DNA of 57,906 bases from Thermoplasmatota archaeon. Lineage in GTDB: Archaea; Thermoplasmatota; DTKX01; DATEUP01. Shown one piece after another: positions 25,509 through 33,714 of the stretch (within the stretch, counting starts at the first letter, position 1; the number at the start of each line of letters is the position of its first letter). A program made the translations under genes and the position numbers. A model generated the notes under the pieces. The model was not told where the DNA came from. It saw only the letters and a list, made by a program, of their open reading frames with translations, and ran no database searches. The stretch covers positions 1-57,906 of the forward strand of contig DATEUP010000100.1 of NCBI GenBank assembly GCA_035283065.1, in the 5' to 3' direction.

Positions 25509-26801
25509 ATGGGAGGAGCAAATCCGGATGTTGTGCTGGTGAAGGACGATGGAATGCGGCTCGACGGCCGAAAGCTCGACGAGCTGCGCCCGATCAAGAT
25601 CAAGGCCGGCGTGCTCGAACGCGCGGACGGCTCGGCGTACATCGAGTGGGGGAACAACAAGGTCTACGTCGGCGTCTACGGGCCGCGCGAGGTGCACCCG
25701 CGCCACGACCAGTCGCCCTCGAAGGCGATCGTGCGCTGCCGGTACTCGATGGCGCCCTTCTCGGTCGACGACCGCAAGCGGCCGGGCCCCGACCGGCGCT
25801 CGCAGGAGATCTCGAAGGTCATTTCGGAGGCGTTCTCCGCCGTCGTGTTCACGGACCAGTTCCCGCGGACGGCAATCGACGTCTTCATGGAAGTCGTCCA
25901 GGCCGACGCGGGCACGCGCTGCGCGGCGATGACCGCCGCGGCCGTGGCGCTCGCCGACGCGGGGATCCCGATGCGCGACCTTGTGGTCGCGGTGGCGTCG
26001 GGCAAGATCAACGGGAAGGTCGCGCTCGACCTCAATAAGGCTGAGGACAACTTCGGCGAGGCAGACTGCCCCATGGGCATCGTCCCCTCGACGGGCGAGG
26101 TCGTGCTCCTCCAGATGGACGGGCACCTCACGCGCGACGAGTGGGAGCAGGCGCTTGCGTACAACCAAGCGGCCGTCAAGGTCATCCACGAGATTCAGAA
26201 GGAGGCGCTCAGGGAGCGGTGGGCGAAAGCCGCCGAGGCCGAGGGCGAACCCGAACTTTACCTCGAGGCGGCCCGCGAGGGCGCGCCTTCGGGCGAGGGA
26301 GGCGGCTCCTTTGGAGGCGGCGGCTTCCGCGGTGGACGCGGGGGCGGCGGCGGAGGCGGCGGCTTCCGCGGCGGCGACCGGGGCCGGGGCGGTGGCGGGG
26401 GATTCCGCGACCGTGACCGGGGCCGGGGCGGCGGCGGCGGCTTCAGGGACCGCGACCGGGGCGGCGGCGGTGGAGGCGGCTTCAGGGACCGCGACCGAGG
26501 CGGCGGTGGCGGCGGCTTCAGGGACCGCGAAAGGCGGCGGGACTCTGGCGGCGGGGACGCACCGCGCGACGGCCCTCCCGATTCGGGCCCCAGCGATTCT
26601 GGTGACACGGGCGGCGGCGGCGGGGGCGAAGGGCCCTCCCCGAGCGGCGACCGAATGGACGAATTCGCCGACCGAGACCGAATGGGGCTCGGGCGCAGGC
26701 GCAGGCGCACGGGCGGCGGCGGGGGCGGCTACGGCCGCGACCGCGGCGAGGGCAGGCCCGCAAACGACGAAGCCGGCGGGTCTGAAGGAGGGGGGGCGTA
26801 A
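25509..26801 (+). CDS. rrp41: Exosome catalytic subunit Rrp41 (RNase PH fold) with a C-terminal [10 protein letters not shown] low-complexity extension of about 185 aa.
   Basis: The RNase PH core is [43 protein letters not shown] ... [11 protein letters not shown] ... [26 protein letters not shown]. The core ends near aa 245 and the ORF continues to 430 aa. Confidence 0.9.
   Translation: MGGANPDVVLVKDDGMRLDGRKLDELRPIKIKAGVLERADGSAYIEWGNNKVYVGVYGPREVHPRHDQSPSKAIVRCRYSMAPFSVDDRKRPGPDRRSQEISKVISEAFSAVVFTDQFPRTAIDVFMEVVQADAGTRCAAMTAAAVALADAGIPMRDLVVAVASGKINGKVALDLNKAEDNFGEADCPMGIVPSTGEVVLLQMDGHLTRDEWEQALAYNQAAVKVIHEIQKEALRERWAKAAEAEGEPELYLEAAREGAPSGEGGGSFGGGGFRGGRGGGGGGGGFRGGDRGRGGGGGFRDRDRGRGGGGGFRDRDRGGGGGGGFRDRDRGGGGGGFRDRERRRDSGGGDAPRDGPPDSGPSDSGDTGGGGGGEGPSPSGDRMDEFADRDRMGLGRRRRRTGGGGGGYGRDRGEGRPANDEAGGSEGGGA
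26296..26545 (+). repeat. In-frame tandem GGC-rich repeat encoding G(n)FRDRDRG units.
   Basis: The near-identical 23-mer ggcggcttcagggaccgcgaccg starts at 26436 and 26475, with a variant at 26511 (period 36-39 nt). More degenerate GGFRGG units lie upstream. Confidence 0.85.
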
Positions 26802-27593
26802 ATGTCCGAAGAATTCGTAGCCGCACTCAAGAAGGACTACCTCAACGAGCTCGCGCTCAAGGAGCAGCGCGTCGACGGCCGCAAGGCCGACGAAGTGCGC
26901 GCACTCAAGATCACCACCGGCGTGATCGGCACGGCCGAAGGGTCGGCGATGGTCGAGCTTGGCAAGACCAAGGTCTTCGTCGGCGTCAAGGTCGCCACGG
27001 GGTCACCCTTCAGCGACCGGCCGAAGGACGGCGTGATCATCACGAGCGCCGAGCTCATCCCGATCGCGTCGCCGAACTTCGAAGTCGGCCCGCCATCGCA
27101 AGCCTCGATCGAGGTCGCGCGCGTCGTGGACCGCGGGATCCGCGAGTCGAAGATGATCGAGCTCTCGGAGCTTTGCATCAAAGACGGGGAAAAGGTGTGG
27201 ATGGTGAACATCGACATCCACACGATCGACTACGACGGGAACCTCTTTGACGCGGCGCTCATTGCGGCCGTCGCCGCGCTGAAGACCACGGTGATGCCGG
27301 CCAAGCGGCTCAAGGTCGCGTCGGAGGACTTCCCGCTGAAGCTCCACCACACACCCACGTCGCTTACGGCGGTCAAGGTTGGCAAGAGCGTGTTCGTGGA
27401 CCCCCAGGTGGAGGAGGAGAGCGTCGCCCAGGCGCGCCTTACGGTGACTGTCGACGAGCACGGCGCAATCCGCGCGATGCAAAAAGGGCTGGTCGGTTCC
27501 TTCACGGTCGACGAGGTTAAATATATCATCGAGACTAGCCAGCGCCTCGGCCACGAGACTCGCGAAGCGATTCGAAAGGCCAGCGGGAAGTAA
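26802..27593 (+). CDS. rrp42: Exosome subunit Rrp42 (inactive RNase PH-like).
   Basis: 263 aa. RVDGRKADEVRALKITTGVIGTAEGSAMVELGKTKVFVGVK. The ATG immediately follows the rrp41 TAA. Confidence 0.9.
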   Translation: MSEEFVAALKKDYLNELALKEQRVDGRKADEVRALKITTGVIGTAEGSAMVELGKTKVFVGVKVATGSPFSDRPKDGVIITSAELIPIASPNFEVGPPSQASIEVARVVDRGIRESKMIELSELCIKDGEKVWMVNIDIHTIDYDGNLFDAALIAAVAALKTTVMPAKRLKVASEDFPLKLHHTPTSLTAVKVGKSVFVDPQVEEESVAQARLTVTVDEHGAIRAMQKGLVGSFTVDEVKYIIETSQRLGHETREAIRKASGK

Positions 27594-27615
27594 GGGGCAG
27601 CAAGGGGGCTTTGGC

Positions 27616-27936
27616 GTGGCGTCGGGCGCGCGGAAGGTGGCTGGCCGGTTCGGCCCCCGCTACGGCGTGAAGATCCGCAAGGGCGTCGAGGAAGTCGAGC
27701 GCCTGCAGAAGGCCCGCTACAAGTGCCCGAAGTGCGAGTTTGTCGCCGTGAAGAGGCACGCGTCGGGGATCTGGCGCTGCCGCCACTGCGGGCTCAAGTT
27801 TGCGGGCGGCGCCTACGCGCCGACCTCGAAGGAGATCGAGGCGCTCGAGGAGACCCTTTCCAAGGAAGGCGCCCCCGCTGAGGGCGACGAGGCCGAAGCC
27901 GCCGCAGAGCCCTCGCCGGCAAAGGCCTCGCCGTGA
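27616..27936 (+). CDS. rpl37ae: Ribosomal protein eL43 (L37Ae) with an acidic/Ala-rich C-terminal tail.
   Basis: GRFGPRYGVKIRKGVEEVERLQKARYKCPKCEF..VKRHASGIWRCRHCGLKFAGGAY, a C4 zinc ribbon. GTG start. Confidence 0.9.
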   Translation: MASGARKVAGRFGPRYGVKIRKGVEEVERLQKARYKCPKCEFVAVKRHASGIWRCRHCGLKFAGGAYAPTSKEIEALEETLSKEGAPAEGDEAEAAAEPSPAKASP

Positions 27937-27946
27937 GCCCGCGTCG

Positions 27947-28099
27947 ATGGAGGACCTCGATATGATGTACAAGTGCGGCCGCTGCAAGACGAAGGTCCAG
28001 CTCGACACCTCGACGGTGGGGCTCCAGTGCGAGCGCTGCGGGTCGAAAATCTTCTACAAGACGCGCCCGAATGTCAAGCGCGTGATCAAAGCGCGCTAG
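27947..28099 (+). CDS. rpoP: DNA-directed RNA polymerase subunit P (Rpo12).
   Basis: 50 aa from the ATG at 27947: MEDLDMMYKCGRCKTKVQLDTSTVGLQCERCGSKIFYKTRPNVKRVIKAR. This is the RpoP zinc ribbon plus the ...YK.R tail. The upstream part of track ORF 27800-28099 overlaps eL43. Confidence 0.85.
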   Translation: MEDLDMMYKCGRCKTKVQLDTSTVGLQCERCGSKIFYKTRPNVKRVIKAR

Positions 28100-28140
28100 A
28101 CCTGCGCACCCATTCTTCAAGCGCACTGCGCGCCAGCCCC

Positions 28141-28758
28141 TTACACGTTCTTCCTGGCGGTTGGCTGGCGCGTTTTCCGCGAGGGGGCGGCGGCCCCATT
28201 GAATTGCTCCAGGAGGCTCGGGCTCCCGTCGGCGCCCTTCGCGCGAAGGGTTCTTGCAAGGTCGGCCTTAATCGCGCGCAAGCCGGACACGAGCGCTTGG
28301 ATTAGGATATCGCCGCCGGGGAAGGCACGGAAGGCGGGGTTGTCCACAAGCGCGCTCAAGGCATCGAGCATCCCTGTAAGGTCCGCCACGAGGAACGCGC
28401 CGCCCTCGGCACGGGTGACCACGCCCAGCTGCAGGCCGCCGTCCTTCCCGTCGATCACAACCAGCGCAACCGCGTCGTCTTTGAGGCCGTCGAATTCGAA
28501 GTCCGAGGCGTGCTGCCAGCCGCCCATCGAGGAATCCTTGATTGCCCCGAGGACGGGGATCGTGAGCGTGCCGCCGCCTTCGAGTTCGCGGGTCTGCGTA
28601 GGGAGCTCCTCGTTCTTTTTCAGCCCCACGACCGGCGTGCCGGGAGGCAGGGACGCGCGGAGGGCCTCCGAATTGGCGAAGGGGCGGACAGCCTTCTCGA
28701 AGACCGCATCGAGGGGGTTTGCCGGCGCGTCGTTGGAGGGGGACGCCGGCGTGGACAT
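28141..28758 (-). CDS. Hypothetical protein.
   Basis: 205 aa with balanced composition. I recognise no family. It is antisense to the surrounding superoperon. Confidence 0.5.
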   Translation of the reverse strand: MSTPASPSNDAPANPLDAVFEKAVRPFANSEALRASLPPGTPVVGLKKNEELPTQTRELEGGGTLTIPVLGAIKDSSMGGWQHASDFEFDGLKDDAVALVVIDGKDGGLQLGVVTRAEGGAFLVADLTGMLDALSALVDNPAFRAFPGGDILIQALVSGLRAIKADLARTLRAKGADGSPSLLEQFNGAAAPSRKTRQPTARKNV

Positions 28759-28795
28759 CGAGAACCGTCCCTGCGCGGCAAAAGGCAGCTCGCCT

Positions 28796-29005
28796 TCAGG
28801 CCTCGTCCTCGTCGGAGGGCGAATAGCCCGCCAGGCTGATCTCGCTCTCCTCGGGCTCCCAGGAATTCAGGTCGCGCATCGTTTGGCACCTGTCGCAGCG
28901 CACGCGCGTGGGGTCCTCGGGGTTCAGGAAGGCGTGGCGGCGCACGGTTTGGCACGAGGGGCAGAAGAGGTCGGCAAAGGAAGGCGCCGCCTCCAGCTCG
29001 GGCAA
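28796..29005 (-). CDS. Small zinc-ribbon protein with an acidic tail.
   Basis: 69 aa with CPSC...17 aa...CDRC and a C-terminal EESEISLAGYSPSDEDEA. Confidence 0.45.
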   Translation of the reverse strand: MPELEAAPSFADLFCPSCQTVRRHAFLNPEDPTRVRCDRCQTMRDLNSWEPEESEISLAGYSPSDEDEA

Positions 29006-29115
29006 GGTGACCTTGGCCCGGCTCTTGAGGTAGGAGATTGCGCACCCCTCGCGGGGGCGCCATTTTGTCCGCTAGTAGATAAGGGTAAAGGTGGTGGCCG
29101 GGCGAGGCGGGAGGG

Positions 29116-29421
29116 TTGGGCGGCCACGGCAAGAGAAGGGCGGGCCCCTTTGTCGTGACATTCACGTTGTCGATGGGGAGGTCCCGCGGGGCGGCCGTGC
29201 AGGCCTCGAGGCTGCGCAGGGCGCTGGAGCCCGAAGCGGGCCGGGCGCTGCCGGGGGCCTCGGTCACGCTCCGCAACGCCGACCGGGGCCGCGCGCTCTC
29301 CGTGCGCATCGAGGCCGACTCCCTGCGCGCGCTTCGAGCAGCGACGAATTCCTACCTGCGCTGGACGACGCTCGCCGCCGAGGTCGTCGAGGCCGCCGGC
29401 CCGCGCTCGGAAGAGGAGTAG
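29116..29421 (+). CDS. pcc1: KEOPS complex subunit Pcc1.
   Basis: ...FVVTFTLS...RRALEPE....VTLRNADRGRALSVRIEADSLRALRAATNSYLRWTTLAAEVVE. The LRA..NSYLRW motif is the Pcc1 hallmark. TTG start. It lies next to pfdB, as in many archaea. Confidence 0.7.
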   Translation: MGGHGKRRAGPFVVTFTLSMGRSRGAAVQASRLRRALEPEAGRALPGASVTLRNADRGRALSVRIEADSLRALRAATNSYLRWTTLAAEVVEAAGPRSEEE

Positions 29422-29505
29422 GCGACCCGCGGGGTCGCCGGGCCCCCGATGGTTTCAAGAGGGCCGGCCAGCCTACCGTGGCCCTACCCCGAACGAGGAA
29501 TCACC

Positions 29506-29850
29506 ATGGCCGTCCCCCGAGACATCCAAGAGAAGCTCTCGAAGTACAACCAGCTCTACCAGCAACTCCAGATGATGGCCTCGCAGAGGCAGCAGTACCA
29601 GTCGCACATCAACGAGATCGAGTTCGCGCTGGAGGAGATCGACGGGCTGCCGCAGGGCGCCACGCTCTACAAGGCCGCGGGCGCTCTCCTCATCAAGACC
29701 GACGACGTGGCGGGGATCAAGACGGCGCTTGGCGAGCGGAAAGAGGAGCTCGAGATCAAGGTGAAGGGCGTGGAGAAGCAGGAGAAGCAGCTCCAGGGGC
29801 TCTACGAGAGGCTGCGCCAGGAGCTCAACGAGGCCGTGCAGTCGGGGTGA
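29506..29850 (+). CDS. pfdB: Prefoldin subunit beta.
   Basis: 114 aa from the ATG at 29506: MAVPRDIQEKLSKYNQLYQQLQMMASQRQQYQSHINEIEFALEEI...ATLYKAAGALLIK...ELEIKVKGVEKQEKQL. Confidence 0.9.
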   Translation: MAVPRDIQEKLSKYNQLYQQLQMMASQRQQYQSHINEIEFALEEIDGLPQGATLYKAAGALLIKTDDVAGIKTALGERKEELEIKVKGVEKQEKQLQGLYERLRQELNEAVQSG

Positions 29851-29969
29851 GGCCGGGCCACCCGCCGCAGGGGACGGGCGGGCGCTCGCGCGCTTTGGGC
29901 CCAAGGCGGGTGAGGGCGGCCACCGAAAGCGCTATTGAAGAGCCCTCCAAATGCCGGGCGGGGCTTCAA

Positions 29970-30452
29970 TTGGGGATCAGGTACAACTTGGTGGCGATCA
30001 AGCAAAGCCAATTGAAGGATGTGCTCGCACCGACGGAATACGCTCCCGACGGCTATGCGGACGAGGCCTTTGATAGCAACGAGGGCGAGGTTTTTTTCGA
30101 TAAAGGGTTCGGCGTCATCTACGACATCCTCTGGCGCAGGAAAACCGGGGCTTGGGACGAGGCGCGGATCGCGTTCTTCGGCTCGCCCGAGCGCCCGCGG
30201 GCCGACGAGCGCGGTTACATCGATGCCGCAGATGTCCGGCGCGCAGCCGAGGGCCTTCGGGCGCTGCCGCGGGCCCCGTTGCGCCAAGAAGTGCGAGCCA
30301 TGGCCGAGGTCGTCCACGGAAAGGCCTCCGAGGAGGAAAGACGGGAGGCGAACGAACTCGAACGCGAGTGCCTGGACGGATTCGAGGAGTTGACCACCTT
30401 TTACGAAAAGGCTGCGAACGCAAACTTGGTGGTATTGATTTTCGTCGGCTAG
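29970..30452 (+). CDS. DUF1877 (YfbM-like) family protein.
   Basis: 160 aa from the TTG at 29970: (M)GIRYNLVAIKQSQLKDVL ... FFDKGFGVIYDIL ... ends ANLVVLIFVG. As I recall it, E. coli YfbM begins MGMIGYF..I....I..LL and ends ALTVIVG. The rest of track ORF 29091-30452 is a shadow. Confidence 0.6.
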   Translation: MGIRYNLVAIKQSQLKDVLAPTEYAPDGYADEAFDSNEGEVFFDKGFGVIYDILWRRKTGAWDEARIAFFGSPERPRADERGYIDAADVRRAAEGLRALPRAPLRQEVRAMAEVVHGKASEEERREANELERECLDGFEELTTFYEKAANANLVVLIFVG

Positions 30453-30607
30453 GCCGTTGGGTCACCCTTTTGCCGGCGCCCCGAGTCGGGCTCTGGCGGC
30501 GTGCGGCGTTGCGAATCGGGCCGAAACTACATATCTAACGCCCGAGGATGGGCGGCGAAAGACCGCCGCCGGAAGTCGCGTGGCCTTTCAGCCCGGAAGC
30601 GCCGCCG

Positions 30608-31738
30608 ATGCGAGAAGCCCGAAAGGACGACCTGCCGCTGGTCGACACGATCATCGAGCGCCTCCGCGCATCGAAGAAGACCCTCGCCGTGGGCCACGTG
30701 AATGCGGACCCCGACGCGATCGGCGCGGCGATCGCCGTGGCCGAAGCCTTCCCCCATGTGACCGTCGGCGCCTTCGAGGGGCTCAACAAGAGCGCCCAGC
30801 GCCTCGTCGACGCCCTCGGCGTGAAGGTCGAGATCAACCCGCGGGTCGAGGACTTCGAGACGGTCATCGTCTGCGACGCGACCTCCGCCTCGCAGCTCAA
30901 CTGCAGGGACCCCGCACAGTTTGCAAGCGCGATCTTCATGGACCACCACCAGCCCTCAAACTTCGCGGGCACCCCGTACTACTGGTCCGACGCGCGCTAC
31001 AAGGCGACCTGCGAGATGGCGCTCTTCCTCCTTAGGCGCGCGGGGGCGAAGGTCACGGAGCGCGCGCAGGTCGCGATCCTGTCGGGCCTCATCACGGACA
31101 CCGGGCGGTTCAAGTACAACGACGAGGCCGTGTTCAAGTCGGTCGCCGACCTCTTCTACGGGGCCCGCACGGAGGCGCCGCCCGAGGGCCTCTACCAGTA
31201 TGCGCGGGGGCTCATGGAGGAATCCGAGCGCGACGCCTCCGAGGTGACGGCGCAGCTCAAGGGCATGCAGCGCGTGCAGTGGGAGCGCGTGGGCGACTGG
31301 TTCGTGGCCTGGACCGTCGTCTCCTCCTTCGAGTCGAACTGCTCGGTCCTCCTGCTCTCGGCCGGCGCGGACGTGTCGGTGGCCTTCTCCGAGCACGGCC
31401 GGAGGCTGCGCGGGTCGTCGAGGGCGACGAGGCAGGCCGCCGAGGCCGGCGTGAACCTCGGCGCGCTTTACCGGGACTTCCGGGTGAAGGCCGCCGGCGT
31501 GGAGTGGGACGGCGGCGGCCACGCGGCGGCTGCGGGGTTCACGGCCCAGAGCGAGGCCGGCGGCGGCGAGGGCGGCGGGAGCGCGGGGCAGCTCGCGCCT
31601 TGGGCCGACGCCGTGCGCAAGGAGGTCCTCGCGGCGATCGCCAAGCAGCTTGAGGGGAAAGCCGCGCGCTCCTCGGCCCTGCCGCCCCCCTGGGACGCGG
31701 GCACGCTCCCCCAGGGGCCCAGCGGCGGCATGGGTTGA
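30608..31738 (+). CDS. DHH/DHHA1-family phosphoesterase (NrnA/RecJ-like).
   Basis: Motifs are VGHVNADPDAIGAAIA, VIVCDATS, FMDHHQPS and the DHHA1 motif GGGHAAAAGF. An alternative ATG is at 30548. Confidence 0.85.
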   Translation: MREARKDDLPLVDTIIERLRASKKTLAVGHVNADPDAIGAAIAVAEAFPHVTVGAFEGLNKSAQRLVDALGVKVEINPRVEDFETVIVCDATSASQLNCRDPAQFASAIFMDHHQPSNFAGTPYYWSDARYKATCEMALFLLRRAGAKVTERAQVAILSGLITDTGRFKYNDEAVFKSVADLFYGARTEAPPEGLYQYARGLMEESERDASEVTAQLKGMQRVQWERVGDWFVAWTVVSSFESNCSVLLLSAGADVSVAFSEHGRRLRGSSRATRQAAEAGVNLGALYRDFRVKAAGVEWDGGGHAAAAGFTAQSEAGGGEGGGSAGQLAPWADAVRKEVLAAIAKQLEGKAARSSALPPPWDAGTLPQGPSGGMG

Positions 31739-31826
31739 CGGCCCCCCTCACGCGCGCGCGACCGTACCCAGCGCTTGGGCCCGGCCCCCCCAAACCTTAA
31801 TCTCAAGGCCTTGGCTCCCCGGCGCG

Positions 31827-32558
31827 ATGCCCCCGGTCACCCTCGACCTGCTCGCGCGGACGAGCGTCGTGATCCCGACGCTGAACGAGGCCGCGTCGAT
31901 CGGCAAGGTCATCGAGGAGCTCCCGAAAGGGCTCCTCGAAGTCCTCATCGTCGACGGGAACTCGACGGACGGCACGCAAAGCGAGGCGCAGGCGCGCGGC
32001 GCGCGCGTCGTCGTGGAGCCGCGCAAGGGCTACGGGCGCGCGTACAAGACGGGCTTCCTCGAGGCCCGCGGGGCGTTCATCGCCACGCTTGACGGCGACC
32101 TCACGTACCCGGCCGAGCGCGTCGGCGAGCTCGTGGGCCGCCTCGATGAGGGCCGCCTCGACTTCATCACCTGCGACCGCCTCACGACGCTTCGCCGCGA
32201 GGCTATGAGCGGCAAGCACCGTTTTGGCAACTTCGTCCTCTCCTTGACAACCCGCGTCCTTTTCGGCGTGCCGGTCCGGGACTCCCAGAGCGGGATGTGG
32301 GTGTTCCGCCGCGAAGTCCTGAAGGACCTGACTCTCACGGCCGACGGGATGCCCTTCTCCGAGGAACTCAAGGTCGAGGCGTTCCGCGCGAGGCGCGGCC
32401 GGTGCCTCGAGGTGCCCATCGAGTACCGCGTGCGCATCGGCGAGGCCGTCCTCTCGACTTGGAGCGACGGCTTTCACAACCTCGCGTTCCTCTTCGGGAA
32501 GCGGTTCGGCCGCCCGAAGGGTACCCGCGGGGAGCTCTACGGCGCGCCGCAACCTTAA
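31827..32558 (+). CDS. Family-2 glycosyltransferase (dolichyl-phosphate sugar synthase-like).
   Basis: 243 aa from the ATG at 31827: SVVIPTLNEAASIGKVI...LIVDGNSTDGT...GYGRAYKTGF...LDGDLTYP. Confidence 0.9.
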   Translation: MPPVTLDLLARTSVVIPTLNEAASIGKVIEELPKGLLEVLIVDGNSTDGTQSEAQARGARVVVEPRKGYGRAYKTGFLEARGAFIATLDGDLTYPAERVGELVGRLDEGRLDFITCDRLTTLRREAMSGKHRFGNFVLSLTTRVLFGVPVRDSQSGMWVFRREVLKDLTLTADGMPFSEELKVEAFRARRGRCLEVPIEYRVRIGEAVLSTWSDGFHNLAFLFGKRFGRPKGTRGELYGAPQP

Positions 32559-33640
32559 GCGGCGGACGTCGTCACCTGGAAGTCGACGAAGTCCGAGACG
32601 CCGTTCGAGTCGATGACCTCGACCGTCGCGGTGTACGTGCGCGTGAACGTCGAGGCCGGGTACTGGTGCGCCTCGGTCGGGTTTGCGAAGTTCGTGACGA
32701 CCCCCGGGTCCGAGGGGTCGTTGAAGTTCCAGTTGTACTGCACGATCGCGATGTCGTCCCTCGAGCACGAGGCGTCGGCGACGATCGTGAAGTTGTTCGC
32801 GTTGTTCCCGTGGTAGCTTTGCGCGACGGTGCACGCGTAGGGCTTGTTGTGCACGAATGAGGTGTTCGCGTTCGTGAAGGTCTTGATCGGCGCGTTGCTC
32901 TTCACCCACTGGTTCGTGAAGGTCGCCTCGACGCTGTAGTTGCCGGGCCCCAGCGAGACGTTGAGGGTCCTCGTGATGAAGGTCCGGCCCTCGACGGCAA
33001 GCGTGATCGGCGAGCCGTCCGGGAAGGCGTTCTTCCTGAGCTGGATGACGAGCGAGGAATTCGGGGGTGCGGGCGCTTGGAAGCCGCTGGCTTCGTCCGA
33101 GTAGAAGGTCGCGGAAAATTGGAGCGCGCCGGTGTGGCCGTCGCCCACCCACGTTTCGTTCTTGAGGTACGTGGACAGCGAGGTCACGATGAAGTTCGTT
33201 CGTTCGGGCACCCCGATCTCGTAGCGTGCGGTGCCGCGCACGCCCTTGTAGTCGAGGTGAAACGTGTAGTTGCCGTTGCCCACGACGAAGTCGGCAAGGT
33301 GCACATCGAGCCGGCCGCCGCCCCCGCGGACGTCGACGGGCCGCGTGAACACGGTCGAGGCGCTGAGAAGGACCGTGAGCGTGCCCTCGCCGGTCGCCGA
33401 GGCGCGCTCCGTCGTCACGGTGTAGGCAAACGTCAGGAGGTCTTGGCTCCGGGAGGGCGCCGTGAGCTCGACGGCCGTCACGCGGCCTTCATCGACGGTG
33501 AAGAGGAGGAGGAGGACGCCCGTCGTCGCAAGGACGACGAGGACGGCGACGATCGCGACGAAAGTGCGGCGTGACAGGGCCGATGCGCCGTCCTCTTCCT
33601 CCTCCTCGAGGGCGGTTTCGTCGTGGATGCTCTTGGACAC
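32555..33640 (-). CDS. Type-II membrane protein with a C-terminal PKD domain.
   Basis: I prefer the GTG at 33640, which is preceded by AAGGAGAGG. It has an acidic N-terminus, the TM segment FVAIVAVLVVLATTGVLLLLF and a PKD-like C-terminus, IVQYNWNFND...HQY....TYTATVEVIDSNGVSD. Confidence 0.75.
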   Translation of the reverse strand: MSKSIHDETALEEEEEDGASALSRRTFVAIVAVLVVLATTGVLLLLFTVDEGRVTAVELTAPSRSQDLLTFAYTVTTERASATGEGTLTVLLSASTVFTRPVDVRGGGGRLDVHLADFVVGNGNYTFHLDYKGVRGTARYEIGVPERTNFIVTSLSTYLKNETWVGDGHTGALQFSATFYSDEASGFQAPAPPNSSLVIQLRKNAFPDGSPITLAVEGRTFITRTLNVSLGPGNYSVEATFTNQWVKSNAPIKTFTNANTSFVHNKPYACTVAQSYHGNNANNFTIVADASCSRDDIAIVQYNWNFNDPSDPGVVTNFANPTEAHQYPASTFTRTYTATVEVIDSNGVSDFVDFQVTTSAA

Positions 33641-33714
33641 GTCAACCTCTCCTTGACTTTCAGTGCGCGCTTGCCACGGGGGGCTGCAGGGTCCCGCAAG
33701 GGGCCGTGGCGCCC

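Noticed and set aside
26296-26545. Tandem GGC-rich direct repeats, considered as a possible CRISPR array or minisatellite.
   Set aside because: The repeats are contiguous with no spacers. They are in frame inside rrp41 and encode the FRDRDRG/Gly units. They are a coding tandem repeat, not a CRISPR array.
29091-29969. The first about 290 codons of plus-strand ORF 29091-30452.
   Set aside because: It runs out of frame across the Pcc1 and prefoldin-beta genes and is R/G/P/A-rich. Only the DUF1877-like 3' part, from the TTG at 29970, is retained.
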